DNA from: Aeromicrobium erythreum
GTDB taxonomy: Bacteria > Actinomycetota > Actinomycetes > Propionibacteriales > Nocardioidaceae
DNA length: 64,000 bases
Assembly (NCBI GenBank): GCA_036946185.1
Contig: JAQIJP010000018.1
Span: 6,349-70,348 of the forward strand
Direction of reading: 5' to 3'
Part shown: positions 40,925-50,566 of the stretch, one piece after another
Numbering within the stretch: the stretch's first letter is position 1
Layout: each line of letters begins with the position of its first letter
The notes under the pieces: generated by a model
Told to the model about the DNA's origin: nothing
Database searches by the model: none
What the model saw: only the letters and a program-made list of their open reading frames with translations
Made by a program: the position numbers and the translations under genes

Positions 40925-41008
40925 ATGAACCCGATCTTCGACTCGATCACGTTCGCCGGTGCCGCCTTCCGCGGTGCCGCCCACCGCTCCGGAGCAGTCC
41001 ACGTCTAG
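40925..41008 (+). CDS. Putative 27-aa leader peptide MNPIFDSITFAGAAFRGAAHRSGAVHV
   Basis: Strong SD AGGAGGTG at 40910-40917; ATG..TAG; followed by an intrinsic terminator. Confidence 0.65.
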   Translation: MNPIFDSITFAGAAFRGAAHRSGAVHV

Positions 41009-41033
41009 CCAGCCAGTGCTGGCTGCACACCCG

Positions 41034-41067
41034 CCGCTCCGGACACCGTCCGGGGCGGTTTTCTTTT
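41034..41067 (+). terminator. Intrinsic terminator (attenuator) in the leader
   Basis: CCGCTCCGGAC-ACC-GTCCGGGGCGG followed by TTTTCTTTT. Confidence 0.85.
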
Positions 41068-41128
41068 GCCCACCCACCGAGTCCTGTCCCCGATTCCCGT
41101 CCACCAGCTCACCGAGAGGAGGCGCGCA

Positions 41129-41383
41129 ATGAACCAGACCGACCAGACCTTGCCCGCAGACATCCCGACGACGACCACCGATCCCACGATCGACCCAGTC
41201 CCCGGAGAGGGGGTGAAGGCCATGACCGCATCCGAGAAGAAGCGTCGGACCAAGCGCGCCTGGGACGAGATGTCGACGACCGACCGCGAGGTCCTGCTCG
41301 AGTCCGTCCGTGCGCGTCGTCAGGCCGGCGTCGAGCGGGACACCCGCGAGCTCATGCTCTGGCTGTCGCGCGCGGGGCGCTGA
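41129..41383 (+). CDS. Hypothetical 84-aa protein
   Basis: SD AGAGGAGG; flanked by the leader terminator and a downstream hairpin. Confidence 0.7.
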   Translation: MNQTDQTLPADIPTTTTDPTIDPVPGEGVKAMTASEKKRRTKRAWDEMSTTDREVLLESVRARRQAGVERDTRELMLWLSRAGR

Positions 41384-41400
41384 CCCGCCGCACCGAACGC

Positions 41401-41437
41401 CGAGGGCCCCGGAACCGCAGTGGTTCCGGGGCCCTCG
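41401..41437. terminator. Hairpin between convergent genes
   Basis: CGAGGGCCCCGGAACC-N5-GGTTCCGGGGCCCTCG. Confidence 0.75.
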
Positions 41438-41443
41438 TGCGTG

Positions 41444-42418
41444 TCACTCCGTGACCTCGGCGCGCAGGTCGCCCATCAACCGCCAGCCGGCGGGGTCGGC
41501 CGCGCGGTAGCGGGCCCGCAGGACGACGACGGCGAGACGGCGGGTGCGGTCGATGCCGAGCCACGTCCGGAACCCGCCCGTGCCGCCGTTGTGCCACACG
41601 ACGTCACCGCCCGGTCGGGGCGACGTGAGCCACGCGGCGCCGATACGCACACCGCGCAGGCCGAAGTCGGCCGTCGGCTCCAGGGCACCCAGGCCGGGGG
41701 CCCTGTCCTGCGCGAGAGCCTGCGCGAGGGCCGCCGCGTCCTGCAGGTCCATCCGGATGCCGCCGGCCGGACCGAGGCCCTCGCCCGTCCACGGTGCGCT
41801 GCGACGACCCCACCGGGACCGCCCCACGAGGTCGCGGTCCTCGAGCTCGGCCGCACCGGCCGGGACGGTGACGGAGTCGAGCCCGAGGGGCTTCGCCACC
41901 CGCTCGCGCACCAGGTCGGCGTACGACGTCCCGGCCGCGGCGGCCACCGCGTGGCCGAGGAGCTGGAACCCGAGGTTGGAGTACCGGGGTCGCGCTCGTC
42001 CGACCCGCACGGGACGGGTCGCCCGCAGCAGGGTCTCGAGGTCGTCGCCGTAGGGGTTGCGTTGCAGGACGAGCCAGCGCAGGCTCCGCGTCACCGCCTG
42101 ACCTGGCGGCAGTGTCGGCAGTCCGGAGCGGTGGGTCGCCAGCGCCGAGAGTCGGACCTGTGCGACCGCACTGTCGCCGAGCGGCAGGTGCTCGCCGAGC
42201 CGGTCGTACGGTCGGACCTCGGCCCGGTCGACGGCCTCGTCGTACAGCAGGCCCGTGACGCCTTTGGAGATCGAGCCGATCTCGAACCGGTCGGTCGGCC
42301 GGCAGTCATGGGTCGCCAGCGTGACCTGGTCGTCGCGGACCGTCGCAACGGCCCAGGGCTCGTCGCCGAGCAGACGACCGGCCTGCCCCCGCAAGGTGTC
42401 GGAGGTGATGTGGTCCAT
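41444..42418 (-). CDS. Serine hydrolase (beta-lactamase family)
   Basis: FEIGSISK, HRSGLP, YSNLG, WHNGGTGG. Confidence 0.88.
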   Translation of the reverse strand: MDHITSDTLRGQAGRLLGDEPWAVATVRDDQVTLATHDCRPTDRFEIGSISKGVTGLLYDEAVDRAEVRPYDRLGEHLPLGDSAVAQVRLSALATHRSGLPTLPPGQAVTRSLRWLVLQRNPYGDDLETLLRATRPVRVGRARPRYSNLGFQLLGHAVAAAAGTSYADLVRERVAKPLGLDSVTVPAGAAELEDRDLVGRSRWGRRSAPWTGEGLGPAGGIRMDLQDAAALAQALAQDRAPGLGALEPTADFGLRGVRIGAAWLTSPRPGGDVVWHNGGTGGFRTWLGIDRTRRLAVVVLRARYRAADPAGWRLMGDLRAEVTE

Positions 42419-42537
42419 GACGCCAGCATCGACCGGGCGGCGCCGCCGTCGCATCGGCCGCAGGGCTGAACCGGGGTCCGTCGCCCGGACGACGTGGGCC
42501 CCACGACCGTCGGTCGCGAGGCCCACGTCGGTGCGTG

Positions 42538-43416
42538 TCAGCGGTTCTGGATCGCCTCGTGGAAGGCGAGGATCCGGCGCGCGTCGCGCACGTGCAGCTC
42601 CTCGACCATCTTGCCGTTGAACGTGACGACGCCCTGGCCCTGCGCCTTGGCCTGCTCGAACGTCTCGATGAGGCCCTGGGCCTTCTCGACGTCGTCGGCG
42701 GACGGGGCGAACGCGGTGTTGGCGGGCTCGACCTGCGAGGGGTGGATGAGGGTCTTGCCGTCGAAGCCCATCTCGCGGCCCTGTCGGGCCTCGGCCTCGA
42801 AGCCCTCGGGGTCCTTCACGGCGTTGTAGACGCCGTCGATGATGACCTTGCCGGCGGCCCGGACGGCGAGCAGCGTCCAGGCGAGCGACGTCAGGACGGT
42901 CGCGTTGCGGCCCGGCACGTGCAGGCCGTACGTCTCGTTGACGATGTCGTTGGTGCCCATGACGATGACGGTCAGCCGGTCGTGGGCGGCGGCGATCTCC
43001 TCGGCGTGCAGCAGCGCGCGCGGGGTCTCGATCATGGCCCACAGCTGGGTGCGCTCGGGCGCGCCGTTCTCCTCGAGGGCCGCGACGAGCTGGAGCACCT
43101 GCTCGGCGGACTCGACCTTGGGCACGAGGATCGCGTCCGGGCCGGCCTCGCAGGCGGCCTTGACGTCGTCGTCGTGCCACTGGGTGCCGATCGAGTTCAC
43201 GCGGATCGCGAGCTCGCGGTGGCCGTACTCGCCGGAGCGGACGGCCGCGACGACGTTCGCGCGGCCCTGCTCCTTGCTGTCGGGGGCGACGGAGTCCTCG
43301 AGGTCGAGGATCAGCGCGTCGGCGTCGATCGTCTTGGCCTTCTCGAGCGCACGCTCGTTGGCGCCCGGCATGTAGAGGACGGAACGACGGGCGCGCAGGG
43401 TGGGGGTCTCGGTCAT
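42538..43416 (-). CDS. CitE/HpcH family CoA-ester lyase
   Basis: RRSVLYMPG, ILDLEDSV, MIETP, GFDGKTLIHPSQ. Confidence 0.9.
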   Translation of the reverse strand: MTETPTLRARRSVLYMPGANERALEKAKTIDADALILDLEDSVAPDSKEQGRANVVAAVRSGEYGHRELAIRVNSIGTQWHDDDVKAACEAGPDAILVPKVESAEQVLQLVAALEENGAPERTQLWAMIETPRALLHAEEIAAAHDRLTVIVMGTNDIVNETYGLHVPGRNATVLTSLAWTLLAVRAAGKVIIDGVYNAVKDPEGFEAEARQGREMGFDGKTLIHPSQVEPANTAFAPSADDVEKAQGLIETFEQAKAQGQGVVTFNGKMVEELHVRDARRILAFHEAIQNR

Positions 43417-43427
43417 GACGGGGCTCC

Positions 43428-44477
43428 TCAGAGGTCGTAGGCGTCGGCGAGCTCGGGGTCGCGCTCGGCGAGCGCCCGGGCGAGGTCGAGCATCACGAGG
43501 CACTGCTTGCAGGACGCGTCGTCCTCCATCTTGCCGTCGATCATGACGGCGCCGGAGCCGTCGCCCATCGCCTCGACGACGCGCTTGGCGTGCGCCACGT
43601 CGGCGGGGTCGGGCGAGAAGACGCGCTTGGCGATCTCGATCTGCACGGGGTGCAGGCTCCACGCGCCGACGCAGCCGAGCAGGAAGGCGTTGCGGAACTG
43701 GTCCTCGCACGCGACGACGTCCTTGATGTCGCCGAACGGGCCGTAGAACGGGAGGATGTCGTTCGCCGCGCAGGCGTCGACCATGCGCGCGATCGTGTAG
43801 TGCCACAGGTCCTGCTGGTAGGTGGCGCGGCCCTCGGTGAGGTCCTCGCCCGTCGGGTCCTGGCGCACGAGGTAGCCGGGGTGGCCGCCGCCGACGCGGG
43901 TGGTCTTCATCCGGCGGCTCGCGGCGAGGTCGGCCGGGCCGAGGCTGATGCCCTGCATGCGCGGGCTCGCCCCGGCGATCTCCTCGACGTTCGCGACGCC
44001 CTCGGCGGTCTCGAGGATTGCGTGCACCAGGATCGGGCGCTCCAGGCCGGCGCGGGCCTCGAGCTGCGCGAGCAGGCGGTCGACGTAGTGGATGTCCTGG
44101 GCGCCCTCGACCTTCGGGACCATGACGACGTCGAGCTTGTGGCCGATCTCGGTCACGAGCGTGATCAGGTCGTCGAGCACCCAGGGGGAGTCGAGGCTGT
44201 TGACGCGGGTCCACAGCTGCGTCTGGCCGAAGTCCGTGGCCTTCGCGATGTCGACGAGGCCCTGGCGCGCGGCCTCCTTCTTCTCCGTCTTCACGGCGTC
44301 CTCGAGGTTGCCGAGGATGATGTCTACCTTCTGCGCGATGTCCGGCACCTTGGCCGCCATCTTCTCGTTGCTCGGGTCGAAGAAGTGGATCATCCGCGAC
44401 GGGCGGAAGGGGATGTCCGCGGCCGGGGCCGGGGCACCGACGGCGAGGGGACGAAGGAAAGCACGGGGGTTGCGCAC
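43428..44477 (-). CDS. Malyl-CoA/methylmalyl-CoA lyase-like CoA-ester lyase
   Basis: [34 protein letters not shown]. Confidence 0.85.
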   Translation of the reverse strand: MRNPRAFLRPLAVGAPAPAADIPFRPSRMIHFFDPSNEKMAAKVPDIAQKVDIILGNLEDAVKTEKKEAARQGLVDIAKATDFGQTQLWTRVNSLDSPWVLDDLITLVTEIGHKLDVVMVPKVEGAQDIHYVDRLLAQLEARAGLERPILVHAILETAEGVANVEEIAGASPRMQGISLGPADLAASRRMKTTRVGGGHPGYLVRQDPTGEDLTEGRATYQQDLWHYTIARMVDACAANDILPFYGPFGDIKDVVACEDQFRNAFLLGCVGAWSLHPVQIEIAKRVFSPDPADVAHAKRVVEAMGDGSGAVMIDGKMEDDASCKQCLVMLDLARALAERDPELADAYDL

Positions 44478-44571
44478 GCTGCAGCTCTTCCTGCCGGGGT
44501 CTGGGTTACCCCACAGTATGGAGGCGTGAGGCGACCCACACCCCCTCGGGTGCGCCGCGACCCCGCCGTCG

Positions 44572-45690
44572 TCAGGCCGTCAGCAGCGGCAGCAGGTCGG
44601 CGGTCTCCAGGTCGAGGGCCTCGCCGACGGAGTGGTTGTAGAGACGGCCGTCGTGGGCGTTGAGGCCGAGGGCGAGCGCGGCGTCGTCGGCGAGGGCGTC
44701 GCGCCAGCCGCGGTTCGCGAGGGCGACGGCGTACGGCATCGTCACGTTCGTCAGCGCGAAGGTCGACGTGCGCGGCACGGAGCCGGGCATGTTGGCGACG
44801 CAGTAGAAGACCGAGTCGTGGACGGCGAACGTCGGGTCGGCGTGCGTCGTCGGGCGCGAGTCCTCGAAGCAGCCGCCCTGGTCGATCGCGATGTCGACGA
44901 GGACGGAGCCGGGGCGCATCCGCGACACGAGCTCGTTCGAGACGAGCTTCGGGGCGCGGGCACCGGGCACGAGCACCGCACCGACGACGAGGTCGGACTG
45001 CGTCACGGCCTCCTCGATCGCGAGCGGGTTCGAGCGGATCGTGCGGACGCGGCCGGCGAACCGGGCGTCGAGCTCGCGCAGGCGCGGGACGCTCAGGTCG
45101 AGGATCGTGACGTCGGCGCCGAGACCCACGGCCATGGTCGCCGCGTGGGTGCCGGAGACGCCGCCGCCGATGACGGTGACCTGCGCCGGCGCGGTGCCCG
45201 GGACGCCGCCCATGAGGACGCCGCGCCCGCCGTCCTGGCGCATCAGGTGGTACGCGCCGACCTGCGTCGCGAGGCGGCCGGCGACCTCCGACATCGGGGC
45301 GAGCAGCGGCAGCGACCCGTCGCGCAGCTGGACCGTCTCGTACGCGATCGCAGTGATGCCGCTGTCGAGGATCGCCTGCGCGCAGGCGGCGTCGGCCGCG
45401 AGGTGCAGGTAGGTGAAGAGCACCTGGTCGCGGCGCATGCGGTGCCACTCCTGCTCGATCGGCTCCTTGACCTTCATGACCATGTCGGCCGCGGCCCACA
45501 CGGCGTCGGCGTCGGGCAGGATGCTTGCGCCGGCGGCGACGTACTCGTCGTCGGTGAGCGACGAGCCGAGGCCGGCACCCGCCTGGACGACGACGTCGTG
45601 GCCGTGGTGACGCAGCTCGGCGACCCCGGCGGGGGTCAGCGCGACGCGGTACTCGTGGTTCTTGACCTCGGTGGGCACTCCGATCAGCAT
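44572..45690 (-). CDS. ald: Alanine dehydrogenase
   Basis: [49 protein letters not shown]. Confidence 0.96.
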   Translation of the reverse strand: MLIGVPTEVKNHEYRVALTPAGVAELRHHGHDVVVQAGAGLGSSLTDDEYVAAGASILPDADAVWAAADMVMKVKEPIEQEWHRMRRDQVLFTYLHLAADAACAQAILDSGITAIAYETVQLRDGSLPLLAPMSEVAGRLATQVGAYHLMRQDGGRGVLMGGVPGTAPAQVTVIGGGVSGTHAATMAVGLGADVTILDLSVPRLRELDARFAGRVRTIRSNPLAIEEAVTQSDLVVGAVLVPGARAPKLVSNELVSRMRPGSVLVDIAIDQGGCFEDSRPTTHADPTFAVHDSVFYCVANMPGSVPRTSTFALTNVTMPYAVALANRGWRDALADDAALALGLNAHDGRLYNHSVGEALDLETADLLPLLTA

Positions 45691-45797
45691 GCTCGATGGT
45701 CGAACGAATGCCCTGTTGGACACAACAGGATCGGCAGATCATTCTGTGAATCGTTCAGATTAACGCGTATCCTTCGGTCCAGGACCGAGGAGGACCC

Positions 45798-46268
45798 ATG
45801 GCGCCGAAGCATCTTCGACCGCTCGACCCCGTCGACCGCGAGCTCGTCGTGCTGCTGCAGCGCGACGGCCGCATGCCCAACAGCGAGCTCGCCCGTCGGG
45901 TCGGCATCGCCCCGTCGACCTGCCTGGCCCGGGTGCGGTCGCTGCAGGAGCGCGGCGTCGTCCGGGGTGTCCACGCCGACGTCGACCTCGGGGCCCTCGG
46001 CCTGACGATCGAGGCGATGATCGCCGTCTCGCTGCGCCGCGAGGCGCGGGCGTCGATCCCGGGCTTCGCCCGGACGATGACGGAGAAGCCGTACGTCATC
46101 AACGCGTTCTACGTCTCGGGCTCCTACGACTACCTGCTCCACGTCGCGTGCGACGACACCGACGGCCTGCGCGACGTGGTCAACGAGCTCAGCACGATGC
46201 CGCAGGTCGCGGGCACCGAGACGCACCTGATCTTCGAGCACCGGCCCGGCCGGGCCGTGGGGGAGTAG
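45798..46268 (+). CDS. aldR: Lrp/AsnC regulator divergent from ald (AldR-like)
   Basis: LQRDGRMPNSELARRVGIAPSTCLARVRSL; synteny with ald. Confidence 0.85.
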   Translation: MAPKHLRPLDPVDRELVVLLQRDGRMPNSELARRVGIAPSTCLARVRSLQERGVVRGVHADVDLGALGLTIEAMIAVSLRREARASIPGFARTMTEKPYVINAFYVSGSYDYLLHVACDDTDGLRDVVNELSTMPQVAGTETHLIFEHRPGRAVGE

Positions 46269-46271
46269 GCG

Positions 46272-46568
46272 CTAGACGTCGTCGTGCCGCAGCACGCGGC
46301 GCTGGACGTCGAGCAGCTCGACCTCGGGCCGGTTCGCGACGAGTCGCTCGACGTGGTCGAGCACGTCGCCCACGTGCGCGGGGTCGGTGGACGTGACGGC
46401 GACGCCGATCGTGGTGCGACGGTGCTGGTCGACGTGGTCGACCTCGGCGACCGACACGTCGAACCGCCGCCGCACCTCGGCCACGACCGGTCGGACCACG
46501 GACCGCTTCTGCTTGAGCGAGTGGACGTCACCCAGCAGCAGGTCGACCCGCAGCCAGCCGACCCACAT
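46272..46568 (-). CDS. DUF503 family protein
   Basis: DVHSLKQKRSVVRP, RRFDVSVAEV. Confidence 0.88.
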   Translation of the reverse strand: MWVGWLRVDLLLGDVHSLKQKRSVVRPVVAEVRRRFDVSVAEVDHVDQHRRTTIGVAVTSTDPAHVGDVLDHVERLVANRPEVELLDVQRRVLRHDDV

Positions 46569-47416
46569 CAGCGCAGCGCGCGGAGCTCGTCGACGAGGCC
46601 GGGACGCGTCGGCTGCCAGCCGAAGGCCTCGCGGGCCTTCGCGCCGGTCGCCTGCTGGTCCAGCAGCAGGGCCTCGGCGAACGGCTCGCCGAGGCGGGCG
46701 ACCGTCTGCTCGACGCTCTGCGGGGCGACGCGGTCGGCGAGCGCCTCGCCGAGCTCGCGGACCGTCGGGTTCTCGCCGCTGACGCCGAGGTAGCGCTCGC
46801 CGCCCGGCGCCTGCTCCAGGACCGCGAGGTAGAGGTCGGCGAGGTCGTCGACGTGGATCGTCGTCCAGTGCTGGCTCCCGTCGCCGACGAGGGCGAGGGC
46901 CCCGGACTCGTCGCGCGGCGCGTCCACCAGGACCATCGGGACGCCCTGCGGTCGACCGTGGACGATCCCGGGCTGCACGACCGAGGCGACGAGCCCGGAG
47001 TCGAGCAGCCGGTGCTCGCGATCGAGCCGCCAGGCCGTCATCGCCGGCGGCGCCTCGGGGCTGTCCTCGGTCAGGTCGGCGCCCGACCCGTAGGTCCAGA
47101 CGCCACCGGTGTGCACGAACGGCTTGGCCGTGCCCCCGAACGCCTCGATCACTGCGTCGACGACGGCGTCGTCGAACCCGGCGGCGTCCTCGGCGGGCGA
47201 CGCGGTGTGGATCGCGCCGTCGACGTCGCGGAGCTGGTCGGCGAACCAGGCGCGGTCGGTCACGTCGCCGACGACGGCGGTGGCGCCGACCTTCTCGACC
47301 TGGCGCGCGGAATCGCCGCTGCGGACGACGGCGACGACGTCGTGGCCGGCCGAACGGAGCCGCTCGAGGACGGCGCTGCCGATGAACCCGGTTCCCCCGG
47401 TGAGCAGGATCTTCAT
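46568..47416 (-). CDS. NAD-dependent epimerase/dehydratase family protein
   Basis: TGGTGFIG, IHVDDLA. Confidence 0.88.
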   Translation of the reverse strand: MKILLTGGTGFIGSAVLERLRSAGHDVVAVVRSGDSARQVEKVGATAVVGDVTDRAWFADQLRDVDGAIHTASPAEDAAGFDDAVVDAVIEAFGGTAKPFVHTGGVWTYGSGADLTEDSPEAPPAMTAWRLDREHRLLDSGLVASVVQPGIVHGRPQGVPMVLVDAPRDESGALALVGDGSQHWTTIHVDDLADLYLAVLEQAPGGERYLGVSGENPTVRELGEALADRVAPQSVEQTVARLGEPFAEALLLDQQATGAKAREAFGWQPTRPGLVDELRALR

Positions 47417-47452
47417 GTCTGCGGCAACGGGCCGCGGTGGGGACCTATTCCG

Positions 47453-47674
47453 TCAGGCGCGTCGGCGCAGCCGCGCCAGGCCGGCGTCGGCGGCCGCGAC
47501 GGACCACAGCACGACGCACAGGCTCACGAGGGCCCAGCCCGTGCCGTTGACGACGACGTGCGGCCAGCGCGGTCCGCCGGGCTGGTAGGTGACGAGGGCG
47601 AGGACGACGAGTGCTCCGAGCCCGACGAGGAACAGCCAGGTGGCGTCGAGCGCGGTCCGTGCGGGGCGGGACAT
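47453..47674 (-). CDS. Small two-TM membrane protein
   Basis: Two hydrophobic segments; fills the intergenic space. Confidence 0.5.
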   Translation of the reverse strand: MSRPARTALDATWLFLVGLGALVVLALVTYQPGGPRWPHVVVNGTGWALVSLCVVLWSVAAADAGLARLRRRA

Positions 47675-47715
47675 GCGCCCACGGTACGTCAGGACTGTGA
47701 CGTGGACCACAGGTC

Positions 47716-48900
47716 TCAGTCGTCGGACCGGCCGGCGCACAGGGCGCGGTCGACAACGCGGTTGACCGCCCGGGTCCGCTGCAGGGTCTCGGCCGGGCTG
47801 GAGGCGATGCTCCCGGGCATGGCGGTCACGGCGACCGTGACCGCTCGACCGTCCGGGGTGACGGCGTTGCGGGTCTCGTACCCGGGGATGTCGCCGCCGT
47901 GGCCCCACGCGAAGCCGCCGCAGCTGAGCGGCAGGCGCATCAGGCCGAGGCCGTAGCGGGCGCCGGTCCAGGCGTCGGTCGACGGCACGGTCGTCTGCAT
48001 CTCCTCGAGCATCGCGTCGTCGAGCAGGCGGCCGCCCACGAGGGCGCGCATGAACCGGTTCAGGTCGCCGGGCGTCGAGGTCATCTGCCCGGCGGCCCAG
48101 GCCCAGGACGGGTCCATCGTCGTGATGTCGCGCAGCCGCTCCTCGGCGTCGCGGGCGTACCCGTGGGCGACGTCGCCGCCGAGCCGGCGGTCGCCCGCGT
48201 CGGGGAACCGGGTGTGCTCCAGGCGCAGCGGCCGGATGATCATCGACCGGACGAGCTCGTCGATCGGTCGCCCGCTCACCCGCTCGGCGACGAGCCCGGC
48301 GACGACGAAGTTGGTGTTGCTGTAGCTCCAGCGCTGTCCTGGCTCACCCGTCGAGCGCTGCGTGCCGGCGAGGTCGACCAGGTCGCGCGGCGACAGGTAG
48401 GCGTCGCGCAGCTCGAACGGGTCACGCGGCAGGGCCGCGGTGTAGTTCGGCAGCCCGCTCGTGTGCTGGAGCAGCTGGCGCACGGTGATGCCGTCGTCGC
48501 GGATGCCTGCGCGCGGCAGGACGCGAGGGAGGTAGGTGGCGACGGGACGGTCGAGGTCGATCTTGCCCTGCTCGGCGAGGCGCAGGACGACGACGGCCGT
48601 GAACATCTTGGTGTTGCTGCCGATCCGCACGACCGGGTCCTCGGGCGGCCGACCCGGCTCGCCGCGGACGGCCCGCCCGGCGGCGAACGACTCCTGGTCG
48701 TCGTCGGTCGTGACGGTCGCGACGGCGGCAGGGAAGCCGTCGTCGACCAGGCCCTGCAGCCTCGACTCGAGCGGCCCGGGCTCCCGCGTCCCGAGGACGG
48801 CGTAGGTGACCCCGATGCCGACCACCGCGAGCACGAGCGCCGCAGCCGTCGAGATCGCCGCGATCGCGACGATCCGCCCTGTCGACCGGCGTGGTCCCAC
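47716..48900 (-). CDS. Serine hydrolase / D-Ala-D-Ala carboxypeptidase-like
   Basis: RIGSNTK, LLQHTSG, YSNTN, WGHGGDIPGY. Confidence 0.9.
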   Translation of the reverse strand: MGPRRSTGRIVAIAAISTAAALVLAVVGIGVTYAVLGTREPGPLESRLQGLVDDGFPAAVATVTTDDDQESFAAGRAVRGEPGRPPEDPVVRIGSNTKMFTAVVVLRLAEQGKIDLDRPVATYLPRVLPRAGIRDDGITVRQLLQHTSGLPNYTAALPRDPFELRDAYLSPRDLVDLAGTQRSTGEPGQRWSYSNTNFVVAGLVAERVSGRPIDELVRSMIIRPLRLEHTRFPDAGDRRLGGDVAHGYARDAEERLRDITTMDPSWAWAAGQMTSTPGDLNRFMRALVGGRLLDDAMLEEMQTTVPSTDAWTGARYGLGLMRLPLSCGGFAWGHGGDIPGYETRNAVTPDGRAVTVAVTAMPGSIASSPAETLQRTRAVNRVVDRALCAGRSDD

Positions 48901-48984
48901 GGTCGCCCCCTTCTCCTCGTGTCCCCACTGTGTCGCATGGTCCAGCGCGCCGCGCGTCCGCATCGCGGACGAGAGGCGGCCGAA

Positions 48985-49014
48985 TTCATGCAGATGTGTT
49001 TATGTATGCATGAA
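48985..49014. promoter_or_regulatory. AT-rich inverted repeat, putative ArsR/SmtB operator
   Basis: TTCATGCA-N14-TGCATGAA upstream of the His-rich gene. Confidence 0.6.
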
Positions 49015-49046
49015 GAGCCTTTCCCCCCCGATCCTGAAGGACGCCC

Positions 49047-49343
49047 ATGACCACGACGCACGAGGTCCACGAGACCCACGACCACGAGCACGGCGAGGGC
49101 TGCGGCCACGTCGCCGTGAAGCACGAGGACCACGTCGACTACCTGCACGACGGCCACGCCCACCACGAGCACGACGGCCACTACGACGAGCACGAGGTCG
49201 ACGCCCACGTGCCGGCCGAGGACCACGACCACGAGCACGGCGAGGGCTGCGGCCACAAGACCGTGCAGCACGGCGACCACGTCGACTACGTCCACGGCGA
49301 GCACCGGCACGCGGCCCACGACGGCCACTACGACGAGCACTGA
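49047..49343 (+). CDS. His-rich putative metal-binding protein with two 39-aa repeats
   Basis: 28 His in 98 aa; HDHEHGEGCGH...HVDY...HDGHYDEH twice; SD GAAGGA. Confidence 0.85.
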   Translation: MTTTHEVHETHDHEHGEGCGHVAVKHEDHVDYLHDGHAHHEHDGHYDEHEVDAHVPAEDHDHEHGEGCGHKTVQHGDHVDYVHGEHRHAAHDGHYDEH

Positions 49344-49363
49344 GAACGACCCAGGAGGCGACC

Positions 49364-49669
49364 GTGCCGGACCCGCGACGAGAGCTCGACGTGCGGTACG
49401 GCGCGGTCGCCGACCTGTTCGGGGCCCTCGCCACGCCCGTCCGCGCCGCGATCGTGCACGCGCTCACGCAGCGTGCGTGGGGAGTCGGCGAGCTCGCCGA
49501 GGAGCTGGGCATCTCGCAGCCGCTCGCGTCGCAGCACCTTCGCACCCTGCGGACGGCGGGGCTGGTGGAGTCGGTCCGTCAGGGACGGTCCGTCGAGTAC
49601 GGCCTGGTCGACGATCACGTCGCCCACGTGTTCCTGGACGCGCTGGCGCACAGCGACGAGACGTCCTGA
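49364..49669 (+). CDS. ArsR/SmtB family metalloregulator
   Basis: FGALATPVR, ELGISQPLASQHLRTLR; C-terminal DDHV...ALAHSDE resembling an alpha5 metal site. Confidence 0.9.
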   Translation: MPDPRRELDVRYGAVADLFGALATPVRAAIVHALTQRAWGVGELAEELGISQPLASQHLRTLRTAGLVESVRQGRSVEYGLVDDHVAHVFLDALAHSDETS

Positions 49670-49679
49670 GGTCAGGACG

Positions 49680-49716
49680 CGACGAGGCCCCGGTCCGCTG
49701 GACCGGGGCCTCGTCG
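49680..49716. terminator. Hairpin between the ArsR gene and tRNA-Lys
   Basis: CGACGAGGCCCCGGTCC-GCT-GGACCGGGGCCTCGTCG. Confidence 0.75.
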
Positions 49717-49722
49717 TTCGGC

Positions 49723-49798
<76 letters not shown>

Positions 49799-49897
49799 GC
49801 GTTGTGCCGAGGTAAAACACTACCAGCCGATCCGGGTCGTCGCGAAATCAGGGGTCTGGTCGTGACGGAAGTCGGTGCGACGTGCTGCGATGGGTCC

Positions 49898-50437
49898 ATG
49901 AGCGACATGTGGACCGACGAGGCGACCGACCCGCGCACGTACGGGAACCCTGTCGGTGAGCTGGCGACGTACGTCGAGTACCTGGCGAACTACCGGATCA
50001 CCCTCGAGCTCAAGTGCCAGGACCTGACGCCGGAGCAGCTGGCGACCCGCAGCATCCCGCCGAGCACGATGAGCCTGCTCGGGCTGGTCCGGCACATGGC
50101 GCGCGTGGAGCACCACTGGTTCGAGCGGGTCGCCCAGGGCGTCGACGAGCCGCGGCTGTTCCACGAGCGTCGCGATCTCGACTTCGACGGGGCCCTCGGC
50201 ACGCAGGAGTGCGTCGACGACGCCTTCGCGTTGTGGCGTGCGCACGTCCGGCGCGCCGAGGAGTGGGTCGTGTCGCTCGACGAGTCCGACCTCGGCCGCG
50301 AGCTGCCGATGCCCGGCGCCGCCGACGAGACGGTCAGCATCCGCGACCTGCTGGTCCACATGATCGAGGAGTACGCACGGCACTGCGGCCACGCCGACCT
50401 GCTGCGTGAGTGCGTCGACGGGCGCACGGGGCAGTAG
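49898..50437 (+). CDS. DinB/DUF664 family protein
   Basis: SLLGLVRHMARVE, HMIEEYARHCGHAD. Confidence 0.9.
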   Translation: MSDMWTDEATDPRTYGNPVGELATYVEYLANYRITLELKCQDLTPEQLATRSIPPSTMSLLGLVRHMARVEHHWFERVAQGVDEPRLFHERRDLDFDGALGTQECVDDAFALWRAHVRRAEEWVVSLDESDLGRELPMPGAADETVSIRDLLVHMIEEYARHCGHADLLRECVDGRTGQ

Positions 50438-50486
50438 GCGCGTCGGTCCCTGGGCGCGCGGGTCCGGGGTGGCGCGGGCCCGGGGT

Positions 50487-50542
50487 GGACGAAGGATTCT
50501 GCATTCCGCACGACCGTTCGTGCGGGATGCAGAATCCTTCGT
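50487..50542. repeat. REP-like palindrome of the GGACGAAGGATTCTGCAT family
   Basis: GGACGAAGGATTCTGCATTCCGCACG is identical to 35611-35636 and is followed by an inverse arm. Confidence 0.85.
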
Positions 50543-50566
50543 GTCCCGCCCGGCATGTTCGCGGCG

